NCBI GenBank assembly: GCA_040757775.1
Contig: JBFLWQ010000007.1
Span: 1,728-65,727 of the forward strand
Reading direction: 5' to 3'
DNA length: 64,000 bases
From: Thermodesulfobacteriota bacterium
Lineage (GTDB): Bacteria; Desulfobacterota; UBA8473
The position numbers and the translations under genes were made by a program. Below, piece after piece: positions 1 to 9,886 of the stretch. The first letter of the stretch is position 1. Every line of letters begins with the position of its first letter. Below the pieces are notes generated by a model. The model saw nothing but the letters and a program-made list of their open reading frames with translations, made no database searches and was not told the DNA's origin.

Positions 1-1
1 A

Positions 2-1042
2 AACATTACGAATCTCTCTGATAAAGACACTAAAGAAGATTCTGTTCTCAGCTGGAAGACCAAACTTGACCCCTCAAAAAAAGTAGATAGTTATAGTTTT
101 TCAGGCCCGGTAGCCCTGGTAGATGGAAACTTAGAAGAAGTAAAGATAAAAAAATTGGATGAAGATAAGGCATACTCTGGAACAATTAAATGGGCTGGTT
201 ACGAAGATAAGTACTTTATTTCTTCAATAATTCCTAAAGAACCCCGGAAAACAAAACTGAGGATGTCTAAGCCCTCTGAAGACGTTGTATCCGTTGATAT
301 TATTGAACCAATAGAACTCCAGCATGGAGGGAAAATGTCGTACAGCTACTACCTGTATCTAGGTCCTAAAGACCTTGACATACTGAAATCCGTTGGGGCT
401 GATTTACAAAAATCCCTTGACTTTGGATGGTTCGACATTATTGCAAAACCTCTGTTGATCTTCTTAAAATATATAAATAAAGGCACCCATAACTTTGGAC
501 TGGCAATTATTGTTTTGACCATAGTTATAAAAATCCTCTTTTTCCCTCTGACTCATACCAGTTATAAGTCTATGAAAGATATGCAGAAGGTTCAACCCTT
601 GATGCTTAAATTAAAGAAGAAGTACAAAGACGATAAAGAAAAATTAAACAAAGAGATAATGGCACTATATCGATCCCATAAGGTCAACCCATTGGGTGGA
701 TGTCTCCCTATGATTTTACAGATTCCTGTCTTTTTTGCTTTGTACAAAGCCTTATTGGGATCTATTGAGCTGAGACATGCCCCTTTTATCTTCTGGATTA
801 ATGATCTATCTGCAAAGGATCCTTATTACATTACCCCTATTATAATGGGGGCATCAATGTTTATACAGCAAAAGATGACGCCTACAGTTGGAGACCCAAC
901 TCAGGCAAAAATAATGTTACTGATGCCTATTATATTCACCATTATGTTCCTTAATTTTCCATCTGGGCTCGTCATTTACTGGCTGGTAAATAATGTGTTA
1001 TCTATTGGCCAGCAGTTCTATATTAACAAGTATACGGCATAA
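2..1042 (+). CDS. yidC: Membrane protein insertase YidC, C-terminal portion (5' end lies upstream of window)
   Basis: Frame 2 is open from base 2 to stop at 1042. C-terminal YidC/Oxa1 TM region (...PSGLVIYWLVNNVLSIGQQ...). Lies in the conserved yidC-jag-mnmE context. Confidence 0.9.
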   Translation, partial: NITNLSDKDTKEDSVLSWKTKLDPSKKVDSYSFSGPVALVDGNLEEVKIKKLDEDKAYSGTIKWAGYEDKYFISSIIPKEPRKTKLRMSKPSEDVVSVDIIEPIELQHGGKMSYSYYLYLGPKDLDILKSVGADLQKSLDFGWFDIIAKPLLIFLKYINKGTHNFGLAIIVLTIVIKILFFPLTHTSYKSMKDMQKVQPLMLKLKKKYKDDKEKLNKEIMALYRSHKVNPLGGCLPMILQIPVFFALYKALLGSIELRHAPFIFWINDLSAKDPYYITPIIMGASMFIQQKMTPTVGDPTQAKIMLLMPIIFTIMFLNFPSGLVIYWLVNNVLSIGQQFYINKYTA

Positions 1043-1058
1043 TCCAAGGAGGTACATC

Positions 1059-1697
1059 ATGGTTTTTATTGAAACAGATGGTAAAACAGTTGAAGAGGCG
1101 ATTGAAAAGGCTTGTCAGGAATTTAATCTCCCTGAAGAGAGATTGAATATAGAAATTATTTCGGGTGGTACCAGTGGTTTATTTGGCCTTGTGGGAATAA
1201 AAAAGGCAAAGATTAAGGCCAGTTTAAAAAAGGTTGAATGTATAAACAAACTTGAGAACGCAAAGAAGACACTTGAGGACATCCTCGCCAGATTAAAGGT
1301 AGATGCCACTGTTAATGCCGAAGAACTTGGTGATAAAATACTTCTCAATATCAACGGAGATGGCAGTGGTCTGCTCATTGGCAGGAGAGGCCAGACGTTA
1401 GATGCTTTACAGCACATTGTTGACAAGATAGTCAACCGCTCCTCAGGAGACAGAAAGTGGATTATCATCGATACTGAAGGTTATAGGGAAAGAAGGGCAG
1501 AATCCTTAAAAAACTTAGCCCTAAAATTGGGTGAAAAGGTCAAAAGGCTTGGAAAGCCTGTTTATATAACCCCATTAAATGCTCATGACCGCAGGGTCAT
1601 CCACCTGACCCTCCAGGGCGATGCCAAACTTATAACAAAGAGCAAGGGTGATGGGCACCTGAGAAAGGTGGTTATCTCCAACAAAAAAGGTCTATAA
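1059..1697 (+). CDS. jag: Jag/KhpB-type RNA-binding protein (KH + R3H domains)
   Basis: ATG at 1059 preceded by GGAGGT. N-term MVFIETDGKTVEEAIEKA is typical Jag. C-terminal R3H-like region; position directly after yidC. Confidence 0.85.
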   Translation: MVFIETDGKTVEEAIEKACQEFNLPEERLNIEIISGGTSGLFGLVGIKKAKIKASLKKVECINKLENAKKTLEDILARLKVDATVNAEELGDKILLNINGDGSGLLIGRRGQTLDALQHIVDKIVNRSSGDRKWIIIDTEGYRERRAESLKNLALKLGEKVKRLGKPVYITPLNAHDRRVIHLTLQGDAKLITKSKGDGHLRKVVISNKKGL

Positions 1698-1710
1698 CTT
1701 TAAATAGATA

Positions 1711-3090
1711 ATGATTGATGAAGATACAATAGCAGCCATAGCCACCCCATTTGGTACAGGTGGGATTGGAATCATTAAGATTAGCGGGCCTAAATCTTTT
1801 GAGATTGCAAAAAAAATTTTCAGGAGAAAGGCACAATCTTCCGAATTAAAACCCTACCATTTACACTATGGCGAGGTAATAGACACTCAAGACGACTCGG
1901 TAATAGATGAAGCCTTGCTGTCATTTATGCAAAAACCGACATCCTATACCAGAGAGGATGTGGTTGAGATAAACTGTCATAGTGGCTTTCTTGTTTTACA
2001 AAAAATCCTTGAAATCGTGTTAAAAGAAGGGGGCAGACTGGCAGAGCCAGGAGAATTCACAAAAAGAGCCTTTATCAACGGGAGAATTGACTTATCACAG
2101 GCTGAAGGAGTAGTTGACATAGTCAATTCCCAAACAAATGCCAGCCTTAGGGTAGCCACCCAACAACTAAAAGGTGTTTTATCAAAGGAGATAATTAAGC
2201 TAAAAGAAGACTTGATAAATGTGTTGACTTATATTGAAGCCTCTATCGATTTCCCGGAAGAAGACATCAACATAATCCCTCCTCATGAAGTGCTGAACAA
2301 GATCAAAGTATTGATGGACAATATCAGGAGATTAATAGATAGCTATGAAGAAGGAAGGTTTTATAGAGAAGGTATCTCAGCCATTATTATTGGAAAACCT
2401 AATGTAGGAAAATCAAGTTTGCTTAATGCCTTGCTCAAAGAAAAGCGGGCTATTGTCACCTCCATACCTGGAACAACCAGGGATATTATCGAAGAGGCAA
2501 TCAGTGTTGAAGGATTCCCCTTGAAGATTATAGATACAGCAGGGATAGGAGATGCTAAAGATATTATTGAAGAAGAAGGAATCAGATTAGCCAAAGAAAA
2601 GTTGACATCCGCTGACCTGGTAATCCTGGTAATAGACATTAGCCAGGAAATGGACCAAGGTAACTTTGGCATGGTTGCAGAACTGATGGGTAAGAAAGTC
2701 ATAATTGCATTGAATAAGATTGATTTAGTACCGGAGAGCTTCATTAGCAGAGCTAAGAATGAGTTAAAGAATTATTCCGTGACGCCCATCTCTGCTTTAT
2801 ATTCTCAAGGAATAGAAGAATTAAAAGAGGCGGTATTTTCTGCTATTATCCAGCATAAATTAGACACCCCCCCATCGGTATTCATCACTAACATAAGGCA
2901 TAAAATAGCTCTGGAAAAGGCTCTGGAAAATCTGGCACATGCCGGAGAAAGCCTAATTAAAGAAATGTCCCCGGAATTTACGGCATTAGATATACAGCTT
3001 TCACTAAAATGTTTGGGCGAAATCGTTGGTGAGACCACGTCTGAGGATATTCTGGACAGGATTTTTTCAGAATTCTGTATTGGAAAATAG
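1711..3090 (+). CDS. mnmE: tRNA modification GTPase MnmE
   Basis: 459 aa with G-domain motifs (GKPNVGKSSLLNAL, DTAG, NKID) and the C-terminal CIGK motif. Confidence 0.95.
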   Translation: MIDEDTIAAIATPFGTGGIGIIKISGPKSFEIAKKIFRRKAQSSELKPYHLHYGEVIDTQDDSVIDEALLSFMQKPTSYTREDVVEINCHSGFLVLQKILEIVLKEGGRLAEPGEFTKRAFINGRIDLSQAEGVVDIVNSQTNASLRVATQQLKGVLSKEIIKLKEDLINVLTYIEASIDFPEEDINIIPPHEVLNKIKVLMDNIRRLIDSYEEGRFYREGISAIIIGKPNVGKSSLLNALLKEKRAIVTSIPGTTRDIIEEAISVEGFPLKIIDTAGIGDAKDIIEEEGIRLAKEKLTSADLVILVIDISQEMDQGNFGMVAELMGKKVIIALNKIDLVPESFISRAKNELKNYSVTPISALYSQGIEELKEAVFSAIIQHKLDTPPSVFITNIRHKIALEKALENLAHAGESLIKEMSPEFTALDIQLSLKCLGEIVGETTSEDILDRIFSEFCIGK

Positions 3091-3152
3091 ACTATTATAC
3101 TTACCTGTTTCTGAGACCTTGCATAACCTATCGAGAGATTTCTCTCTTTCTC

Positions 3153-3899
3153 TTATTTCATAAATAGCCCTTTTTCCTTAAATGAGATGTATCCGGCAGA
3201 ACCTATTATCAGGTGATCGAGCGGTGTCAGGTCAACAGCATGGCAGGCTTTAACCAGTCTTTCATTCAATGACAAATCGTGCTTGCTAGGCTTTAAACTC
3301 CCTGAAGGATGATTGTGAACGAAGATGAGCCCGGAGGCATTCAATTCAAAGGCTTTTTTGATTATCTCCCTGGGATAGACAGCGGATTGATCGACAGTGC
3401 CCTTGAACAAATCCTCGGCAGCCAGGACCATATTGGCGCTATTCAGATAAATAACCTTGAAAACCTCTTCTTTTAGATTTGACATCGATAAAGAAAGGTA
3501 TTCAAGCACATCCTCAGGTCCGTTAATAACAGCCTTACCAATGATCTCTTCTTTCAATTGCCGCTTTGCAATCTCAGTAGCTGCAAGCAACTGCGCAATC
3601 TTGGCGGTCCCTAAACCTTTAATTTCTTCCAGTGCCTTTCTATTGGCATGCAGTAACCCCCCAAGGCCACCAAACTGTTCAAGAAGTTCTCTTCCCAGCG
3701 AGACCGCATCCTTTCCCTTTATGCCTGTACGGAGTAATATAGCTACCAATCCGGCATCGGATACATATTCAGTGCCTTTCTCCAATAATAGCTCCCGAGG
3801 TCTCTCTGACCTTGGCCAATTCTTTATTCCATCAGTTTTCTTAGTTTTATCCAGCTTATTAAGCAAATTACCCTTGACATACTCTCCTTTATTCCCCAT
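3153..3899 (-). CDS. radC: RadC-like JAB/MPN domain protein (UPF0758)
   Basis: N-terminal HhH-like region and a JAMM motif HNHPSG...S...D near the C-terminus. Confidence 0.85.
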   Translation of the reverse strand: MGNKGEYVKGNLLNKLDKTKKTDGIKNWPRSERPRELLLEKGTEYVSDAGLVAILLRTGIKGKDAVSLGRELLEQFGGLGGLLHANRKALEEIKGLGTAKIAQLLAATEIAKRQLKEEIIGKAVINGPEDVLEYLSLSMSNLKEEVFKVIYLNSANMVLAAEDLFKGTVDQSAVYPREIIKKAFELNASGLIFVHNHPSGSLKPSKHDLSLNERLVKACHAVDLTPLDHLIIGSAGYISFKEKGLFMK

Positions 3900-4119
3900 A
3901 ATTTCCTCAACCTGTTAAAAGATTTGGTTCTTCTCCCAGAACCCTTGAACCCTTGATGCCTTGAATCCTTTTCATCGACCAACTCTTTGGGAGATGAAAC
4001 ATAAGTATATTGATATCGCAGAAAACGTCAATACAGAATTTATTTTACAATACCAGTTTATATTAGAAGATGCGGACATTTTCTCGCTTAATAAATTGTT
4101 AGCATAACAGAAGGAAAAT

Positions 4120-4812
4120 ATGCCAAGCAAAGCATACAAAGCCTTTAATAAGAACGCGAGTGATATCCAGCGGCTCTTAGATGTCCACGAAGAACAAAGT
4201 GGAACCTCTCCGGGTCGGCGATATAGACTCGAGGTTTTGAATAAGAGCGCCATCGTTCTCATAACTTCCTTCTGGGAGGCATACTGCGAGGACTTGGCCG
4301 CTGAAGGCCTTGAGCACATTGTGACACACTCCACGTCCTCCGCTTCTTTGCCAAAGGAAATAAAGCAGGTTGTCGCCAAAGAGCTCAGGAAAGATGCGAA
4401 TGAATTGGCTGTTTGGTCTCTTTGCGGGGACGGCTGGAAACAAATCCTCCGTTCTAACCTCCAACGCTTACGAGATCAACGAAACAAGAAATTGAACACA
4501 CCAAAGACCGAAAATATAGATGAGTTGTTCTATAACGCTTTAGGTATACCTCATGTCTCGTCGTCATGGCGATGGGCAAAGAAAATGACCGCGAACAGAG
4601 CCCGCGAGAAACTCGATAAGTATGTAACCTTGCGGGGAGAGATTGCACACAGAGGAAAGGCAGCAAAAGCTGTAACAAAGGCCCAGGTCCAAGATTACTT
4701 TGAGTTTATCAAAAAGCTGGCTTCAAAAACAGGTGGCACTGTCAATACGCATGTGGGCAAGATTACCGGCAAACATCTATGGCCAATTCTAAGGCGTAGA
4801 ATCGTTTCATAG
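4120..4812 (+). CDS. HEPN-motif protein (putative RNase / abortive-infection type)
   Basis: 230 aa. Rx4H motif (RGEIAH) near the C-terminus as in HEPN nucleases. Good RBS AAGGAAAATATG. Visibly GC-richer than its flanks. Confidence 0.5.
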   Translation: MPSKAYKAFNKNASDIQRLLDVHEEQSGTSPGRRYRLEVLNKSAIVLITSFWEAYCEDLAAEGLEHIVTHSTSSASLPKEIKQVVAKELRKDANELAVWSLCGDGWKQILRSNLQRLRDQRNKKLNTPKTENIDELFYNALGIPHVSSSWRWAKKMTANRAREKLDKYVTLRGEIAHRGKAAKAVTKAQVQDYFEFIKKLASKTGGTVNTHVGKITGKHLWPILRRRIVS

Positions 4813-5000
4813 AAATGCTAACAAAATTATCAAGCCTACGCCGGGGAAACCTGTTTTCTCTTCTTCTCGTTCTTTGGCCCGCGCGGCTGATGATAAGTGT
4901 TGAGCCTATAGAAAAAGTCTAAACTGATCGGGAAACTAAATTTACGTATAAGGACTTTTTTACAGACTAGTTATAAGGTTCAAGTAATCAAGGGAATGTA

Positions 5001-6314
5001 ATGGATTCAAAATTTAAATATGTTTTCCTTGATGCGATGATTTTTTTGCATTTTAAACCTGTTGAGCAAATTGATTGGCCTAGCTTACTCAACAGCATGC
5101 CAGTTCGGTTAACTCTCACCCGTATTACCATTAGAGAGCTAGATAAGCACAAATCAGTACATCCATCTCCTAAAATTAAGGATCGAGCGAGAAGAACTTT
5201 GAAAAAGATTGAAGCTTTTTTGAAGTCACCAGATATGCCAATAAGGGAAGGCGTTGAAATAACTTTTTATGACGAAATGCCGTCACTAGATTACCCTTCC
5301 TATGGTCTAAATCCTGATTGGTCCGATGACATTCTTATCGCCACAATTCTTTCTTATGCGCAAAAATGGGACAGAAATAGTATCGTTTTAGTAACAGACG
5401 ACACCGGTATGAGGATTAAAGCCAACTCTCTTGATATTGAAACATTTGAACTGCCAGACGATCTTCGTCTCCCAATTGAACCTGACCCTTTGGTTGAAGA
5501 GAACCGGAAGCTTAGAGAGAAGCTTACAATACTGAGCGCAACTTTGCCGGAATTGCATCTCTATTTTGACAATGGAGAATCCTTTAAGAAATTTGAATTC
5601 GACACCGAGGGGTATGAAACAGTTGAGAAACGAATATCTCGGATAACTGCTGAAGTAGAAAAAGAGAGAAAGAAAAGGGAATATACCCCAAATGTATTGC
5701 TTCATGTTTCTAGCATGCATTCTCCAACTCAGCAAGAGATGGAGCGTTTCAAAAGAGACCTGAACGAATATTTGAAACAGTACGAATCCTACCTAAACGA
5801 TCTTAGTGATTGGAAGCTTTCCAAGTCTAAGATATTCGCAATAGAATTTAATGTTGTTAATGAAGGTAATGCACCTGCTGAAGATATTGATATTCTAATT
5901 TACTTTCCTGACGGCTTCTTGATTCGGAAGGAGGATGATTTGCCAGCAATACCAAAACCACCGAAGGAACCAATTCCGCCGAAATCAACTCTTGAATTAA
6001 TTCAAAGCCGTTTCGATATTATTAAAAATTTTAGCTTACCTTCATATGATCAATCCATCCTTTCATCACTTTCTAGAAATGTCCCGAGAAACGTCTCTGG
6101 TCCCAAGATAAAGCGAACTGAAAGCTATAAGGTTGAATACCACATAAGTCGACTAAAACATGGGTTTTCTATAAAACTTGATGCCGTATATTTAGACTTT
6201 TCTGAATCCGTTGGAATTAAATCTTTCGAGGCTAAATATTGGATCAACGCAGGGAACATGCCAGAAAGTGCAGAAGGCAGCCTGCATGTAATATTTGAAT
6301 CCAAAATCTTATAA
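5001..6314 (+). CDS. PIN-like domain protein with ~290-aa C-terminal extension of unknown function
   Basis: N-terminal 140 aa show a PIN-like acidic pattern (YVFLDAMIFL ... LVTDDTGMRIKA). Remainder has coiled-coil/unknown segments. AT-rich composition. Confidence 0.45.
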   Translation: MDSKFKYVFLDAMIFLHFKPVEQIDWPSLLNSMPVRLTLTRITIRELDKHKSVHPSPKIKDRARRTLKKIEAFLKSPDMPIREGVEITFYDEMPSLDYPSYGLNPDWSDDILIATILSYAQKWDRNSIVLVTDDTGMRIKANSLDIETFELPDDLRLPIEPDPLVEENRKLREKLTILSATLPELHLYFDNGESFKKFEFDTEGYETVEKRISRITAEVEKERKKREYTPNVLLHVSSMHSPTQQEMERFKRDLNEYLKQYESYLNDLSDWKLSKSKIFAIEFNVVNEGNAPAEDIDILIYFPDGFLIRKEDDLPAIPKPPKEPIPPKSTLELIQSRFDIIKNFSLPSYDQSILSSLSRNVPRNVSGPKIKRTESYKVEYHISRLKHGFSIKLDAVYLDFSESVGIKSFEAKYWINAGNMPESAEGSLHVIFESKIL

Positions 6315-6380
6315 CCACAGGTTGGAAAAGGGTGCGAGACTTCACTCGTACTCCTCAGCCTAGCCCTTAGGAGGGATGGA

Positions 6381-6905
6381 ATGAAAAAAATTAGCATTAT
6401 AGGTGGTTTTCTCATCGTTGTCGCTATTGTTGGATTTCTTTACGTAAAAGGGACACCACAGTACTCTCTCTACCAGTTTAGAAATGCTGTAGAAAACCAT
6501 GATGCCGATACTGCAATTAAGTATTTTGATGTGGATAGCATTGTCGATAATTTAATGACAGATTTTATGAAAGAAGAGGAAGCCAAGAAGCCTAAAAATG
6601 GATGGGAAGCAATGGGACAAAATTTTGCAAGAGGACTTATGGTGTTGATGTTGCCACGGATGAAAGAAGCAATGAAAGGACAATTGAAAACTGCGATAAC
6701 TACACCATCTGATGATAAAACTGCTGTCAAAGACATCAAAAAGGGGAGCATCTCAGATTTTGAGATAAAAACTGAAGGCAAAATGGCGATTGTTTCCCGT
6801 AAGGATGATCCCAAAGTGAAGTTTAAAATGGTGAAGACGCCTGAGGGTTACTGGAAAATAGTTCAACTAATGATGCCCGAAACACTGCAACACGTACAGA
6901 AATGA
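6381..6905 (+). CDS. DUF2939-like membrane-anchored protein
   Basis: N-terminal TM helix followed by PQYSLYQFRNAVENHDADTAIKYFDVDS, the signature stretch of the DUF2939 family. Strong RBS AGGAGGGATGGAATG. Confidence 0.5.
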   Translation: MKKISIIGGFLIVVAIVGFLYVKGTPQYSLYQFRNAVENHDADTAIKYFDVDSIVDNLMTDFMKEEEAKKPKNGWEAMGQNFARGLMVLMLPRMKEAMKGQLKTAITTPSDDKTAVKDIKKGSISDFEIKTEGKMAIVSRKDDPKVKFKMVKTPEGYWKIVQLMMPETLQHVQK

Positions 6906-6927
6906 AAATAAACATACCGAGGAGAAG

Positions 6928-7362
6928 ATGATAAAACTCTATAATCTGAGCTGCTTCATCGCCATTATTTTTTTGTTCGTCCTGTTCAGTTCCGCTATTG
7001 CAAAAGAGCAAAATAAGGGAGTTGCGGTTGAAATTACGCAACAACAAAGCTCAATTAACACAGGCAAAAAATTTATAACTCTTGGATTTAAGGGCATTCA
7101 TTTGGGAATGAAACGGGATGAAGTTAAAGAAGTTGTTAGTTCCGGCAACGGATGGAGTTTCCGATACGGTTCCGATGTCTCTGACGAGTACGTATTTTTG
7201 AACTCAGAAACTCTTGTTGGCTGCAAAGATCAAGGTGAAACTGAAGAATGTTATAGGATCGACACGGTAGCACTCCGGTTTTTTGAGGATCATGTTATTC
7301 AAATAAGTCTTGATAGCCCGGAGTATACCGCGACTGACATAGATTATTATGTCAAGGGGTGA
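6928..7362 (+). CDS. Secreted hypothetical protein (signal peptide)
   Basis: Hydrophobic N-terminus ending ...SSAIA-KEQ. RBS GAGGAGAAGATG. Confidence 0.4.
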   Translation: MIKLYNLSCFIAIIFLFVLFSSAIAKEQNKGVAVEITQQQSSINTGKKFITLGFKGIHLGMKRDEVKEVVSSGNGWSFRYGSDVSDEYVFLNSETLVGCKDQGETEECYRIDTVALRFFEDHVIQISLDSPEYTATDIDYYVKG

Positions 7363-7588
7363 GAGCGTTTCAGCTTACAAATACTAAAAAAGAAATTTAG
7401 AAACCCTTCGAAGACTAATCTCAGCATAGATAGATTCAATATATTTTCGGTACAGAGCGGTTATTCAGTGCAACGTTATGAATGGAACAGGAAGGACTAG
7501 ACGATTATACTTGCTATAGATTCAAATTATTTCAAGTATTATGCAAAAATTCGATACATCAATAGGAAAGCAAGGATCTGGAAGATCT

Positions 7589-7704
7589 GGGGTCAGGTCT
7601 TGAATTATGAGTTTTATTCAAATATTCATTGCATTACAGTGAAGACAGTTGTGAAAAATGAACGCTTGTAGGTCGCGCAATCTGATAATTCAAGACTTGA
7701 CCCC
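7589..7704. repeat. 116-bp element bounded by 20-bp inverted repeats (GGGGTCAGGTCTTGAATTAT / ATAATTCAAGACTTGACCCC, 19/20 complementary)
   Basis: Read directly from the 387-bp intergenic region upstream of the T5orf172 gene. Could fold into a long stem-loop. Confidence 0.6.
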
Positions 7705-7749
7705 ATTTGGACTTAGATTATTATTGTCTGCAATTAAAAGGACGAAAAT

Positions 7750-8676
7750 ATGAAAGTACCTCTCAAAAAAGCGATTAATTCTTTATCTTGGTATAACTGT
7801 CAAACAGAATGTTGGCCCGTAACATTTAAGGATAATGAAATAATTAATTATCAAATAAAAGTATTGTCGTTTGAGAGAATTAACTTAACAGAAGTAGATG
7901 GCTCAGACAAAATCAGTCTGAATTTAGAAAATGGCATCTTATGGATATTACGGGTTGAGGTCGTAAATTTGTGGAAAAAAACAATATCCTCATTTCCAAT
8001 TTACGACTCTGTAATATTAATTGATAAGGACGGTTCAGAATATAAGCCTATAACTGATGACCATTTGACGAATGAATCTCACTCCAACTATGCCATGTCA
8101 TCAGGATTAAATCTTCTTAATGGGAGTTCTGGCTATCGCTGTGGAGAATTAATTCCGAAAGTTCCATTGAAAGGTGCGCTTGCGTTTCTTTTACCTATGA
8201 CTGAAAATGACAGGTTTTATTTATCAGTTGAAGGGGGAAAGATTTGGGAAAGAAAAGAAACCGAAGAAAAGAATTCATTGCAAGGTTGGATTTATGCGTT
8301 GACCAATCCATCTTTACCACAAAACTTTCTCAAAATTGGCATGACGACACGTACCCTTGAAGAAAGACTAAAAGAACTTTCATCTAACACTGGTGTCCCA
8401 ACTCCGTTCCGTGTTGTTTTTGAAGCAGAGGTCTCGGATTGTAAACAGGTGGAAATGATAATTCATCACAACTTAGCGAAATATCGCCATAGTTCTAGTA
8501 AAGAATTCTTTGATTTACCACAGAACGAGGCAATCCCAATTTTGGCCAGAATATGTTCACAATTCCCAATAAAACCTTCACCATCGCCTGAAGAAATAGC
8601 AAAAGAAAAAAGAGTAAATGAAATAGAGGCTGAAATTGAACGACTAAAAGAAGAACTGGAAATTTTGAAAGGATGA
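7750..8676 (+). CDS. T5orf172 (GIY-YIG-superfamily) domain protein with an unknown ~190-aa N-terminal domain and C-terminal coiled coil
   Basis: Region GWIYALTNPSLPQNFLKIGMTTRTLEERLKELSSNTGVPTPFRVVFEAEV...EFFDL matches the T5orf172/MUG113 GIY-YIG-like signature. C-terminus has heptad-like EIERLKEELEILKG. Confidence 0.6.
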   Translation: MKVPLKKAINSLSWYNCQTECWPVTFKDNEIINYQIKVLSFERINLTEVDGSDKISLNLENGILWILRVEVVNLWKKTISSFPIYDSVILIDKDGSEYKPITDDHLTNESHSNYAMSSGLNLLNGSSGYRCGELIPKVPLKGALAFLLPMTENDRFYLSVEGGKIWERKETEEKNSLQGWIYALTNPSLPQNFLKIGMTTRTLEERLKELSSNTGVPTPFRVVFEAEVSDCKQVEMIIHHNLAKYRHSSSKEFFDLPQNEAIPILARICSQFPIKPSPSPEEIAKEKRVNEIEAEIERLKEELEILKG

Positions 8677-8689
8677 GCGGTCATACTTA

Positions 8690-8719
8690 GGGACGTTGTT
8701 TCTAATTAATAAATTACTT
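8690..8719 (+). repeat. Copy 1 of a 26-30-bp motif (GGGACGTTGTTTCTAATTAATAAATTACTT)
   Basis: Begins 13 nt after the stop of 7750..8676. The 26-mer CGTTGTTTCTAATTAATAAATTACTT recurs exactly at 10603..10628, and an inverted 18-mer at 8851..8868. Confidence 0.7.
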
Positions 8720-8850
8720 GGCAGGCAGTCGGTTTTTATATAGAACCGTATCATGCTGCGACAAGCTACGGGCAGGTGGGCGTGAATACATCGCGGGTAT
8801 TACAAAGGCAATCGAGAGGGTTGAACAACGTTATGGCTATAAATATCATG

Positions 8851-8868
8851 AATAGAAACAACGTCCCC
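8851..8868 (-). repeat. Inverted copy (AATAGAAACAACGTCCCC) of the 5' part of the 8690 motif
   Basis: Reverse complement GGGGACGTTGTTTCTATT matches 8690..8704. Together with copy 1 it forms a potential ~180-bp hairpin/MITE-like unit. Confidence 0.6.
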
Positions 8869-8961
8869 AAAGGTTTCCTTTATATCAAGGCTAATCTGCT
8901 TGTCGATCATTGGTTAGATTTATAAAAATCTATTGAAGACCAATATAGGATTTCAACAGCT

Positions 8962-9600
8962 ATGAATACACTTGAAAAACTAAAGAAGAAAAGATTTCTA
9001 TTTATGAATCGGTTATATGAGATTAGTGGTGGAGATCGTCACAAAGTTTTCGATGAATGGAAAGATATTTGTGAGGTGCGTAATTTTTCAGAAAGTGAAT
9101 GTGAAACAATTTCACAATATCTAGAGGGGGAGGGTCTTATTAAATGGGTAGCACAGGGCGGTGCCATCTCAATTACACATAGAGGGGTTATGGAGGTAGA
9201 AGAAGCTTTAACTGAGCCGGAACAATCTACCAATTATTTTCCACCTGTAATTAACATTATTAATGTTCACCATATGGAAGGTTCACAAATTCAACAAGGT
9301 TCTTATCAAAGCACTCAATCTGTAAGTTTTTCTCATGAAACACAAAAAAGTCTTCAGGAATTCATTGAGTTACTAAAAGAGAAGTTACCAAATATCCAAA
9401 TTGCACAAGATGATCGTTCGGAGATTCAGGCCGATATATCAACAATAGAAGCACAAATAAATTCTATCCGCCCGAAGCCAAGTATAATAAAGGAGAGTCT
9501 AAGTTCAATTCAGCGTGTTCTCGAAAGCACAACAGCAGGAATCATTGCAGGAGAATTGTTAAAATACTTACCTGCGTTATTTGCAGCTCTTCAAGTCTAA
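8962..9600 (+). CDS. Hypothetical cytoplasmic protein
   Basis: 212-aa ORF; no motif recognised beyond a possible small helix-turn-helix-like N-terminal segment. Weak RBS. Confidence 0.35.
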   Translation: MNTLEKLKKKRFLFMNRLYEISGGDRHKVFDEWKDICEVRNFSESECETISQYLEGEGLIKWVAQGGAISITHRGVMEVEEALTEPEQSTNYFPPVINIINVHHMEGSQIQQGSYQSTQSVSFSHETQKSLQEFIELLKEKLPNIQIAQDDRSEIQADISTIEAQINSIRPKPSIIKESLSSIQRVLESTTAGIIAGELLKYLPALFAALQV

Positions 9601-9886
9601 CACTTATAAGACCTCCCCTTGTCAAGAGAAAAAAGGACCCTGATCGGAAAATATAAATAAAAAATAATACGTAGGAACGTCCATTTGTAAATTAGTTTAC
9701 AATTTTTGGAATAGCAAGAATAGCACAATTTTTAATAGCAAGGGGGTAGATGCTTCGACCGTAAAAGCCGGGGCCGAAAAAGAAACATGGTTGAATTGAG
9801 TATTGTGGCCCCATAACCTCCATAACCTTTTCCCCAAAACCTTCAATTACTGAAACTGGCACAAAAACGACAATAGGAGGTAACAG

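Noticed and set aside
3935-3975. Short tandem motif GAACCCTTGAACCCTTGATGCCTTGAATCCTT (and the similar TCGAATCCTGGAATCCTCGAACCCTT at ~58548)
   Set aside because: Only 3 degenerate 8-mer units, possibly a terminator-proximal low-complexity tract. Two loci share the motif, but it is too short to call a repeat family without a genome-wide count.
3972-4379. 135-aa ORF on the minus strand (and 3457..3918 on the plus strand) overlapping radC / the HEPN gene
   Set aside because: Antisense to well-supported genes, no RBS, low-complexity Ser/Leu-rich translation. Typical shadow ORFs.
9695-9712. 18-bp palindrome TTGTAAATTAGTTTACAA upstream of the 9887 gene, considered as an operator
   Set aside because: AT-rich palindromes of this size arise by chance in AT-rich intergenic DNA; no adjacent regulator gene is evident. 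Kept only as a note.
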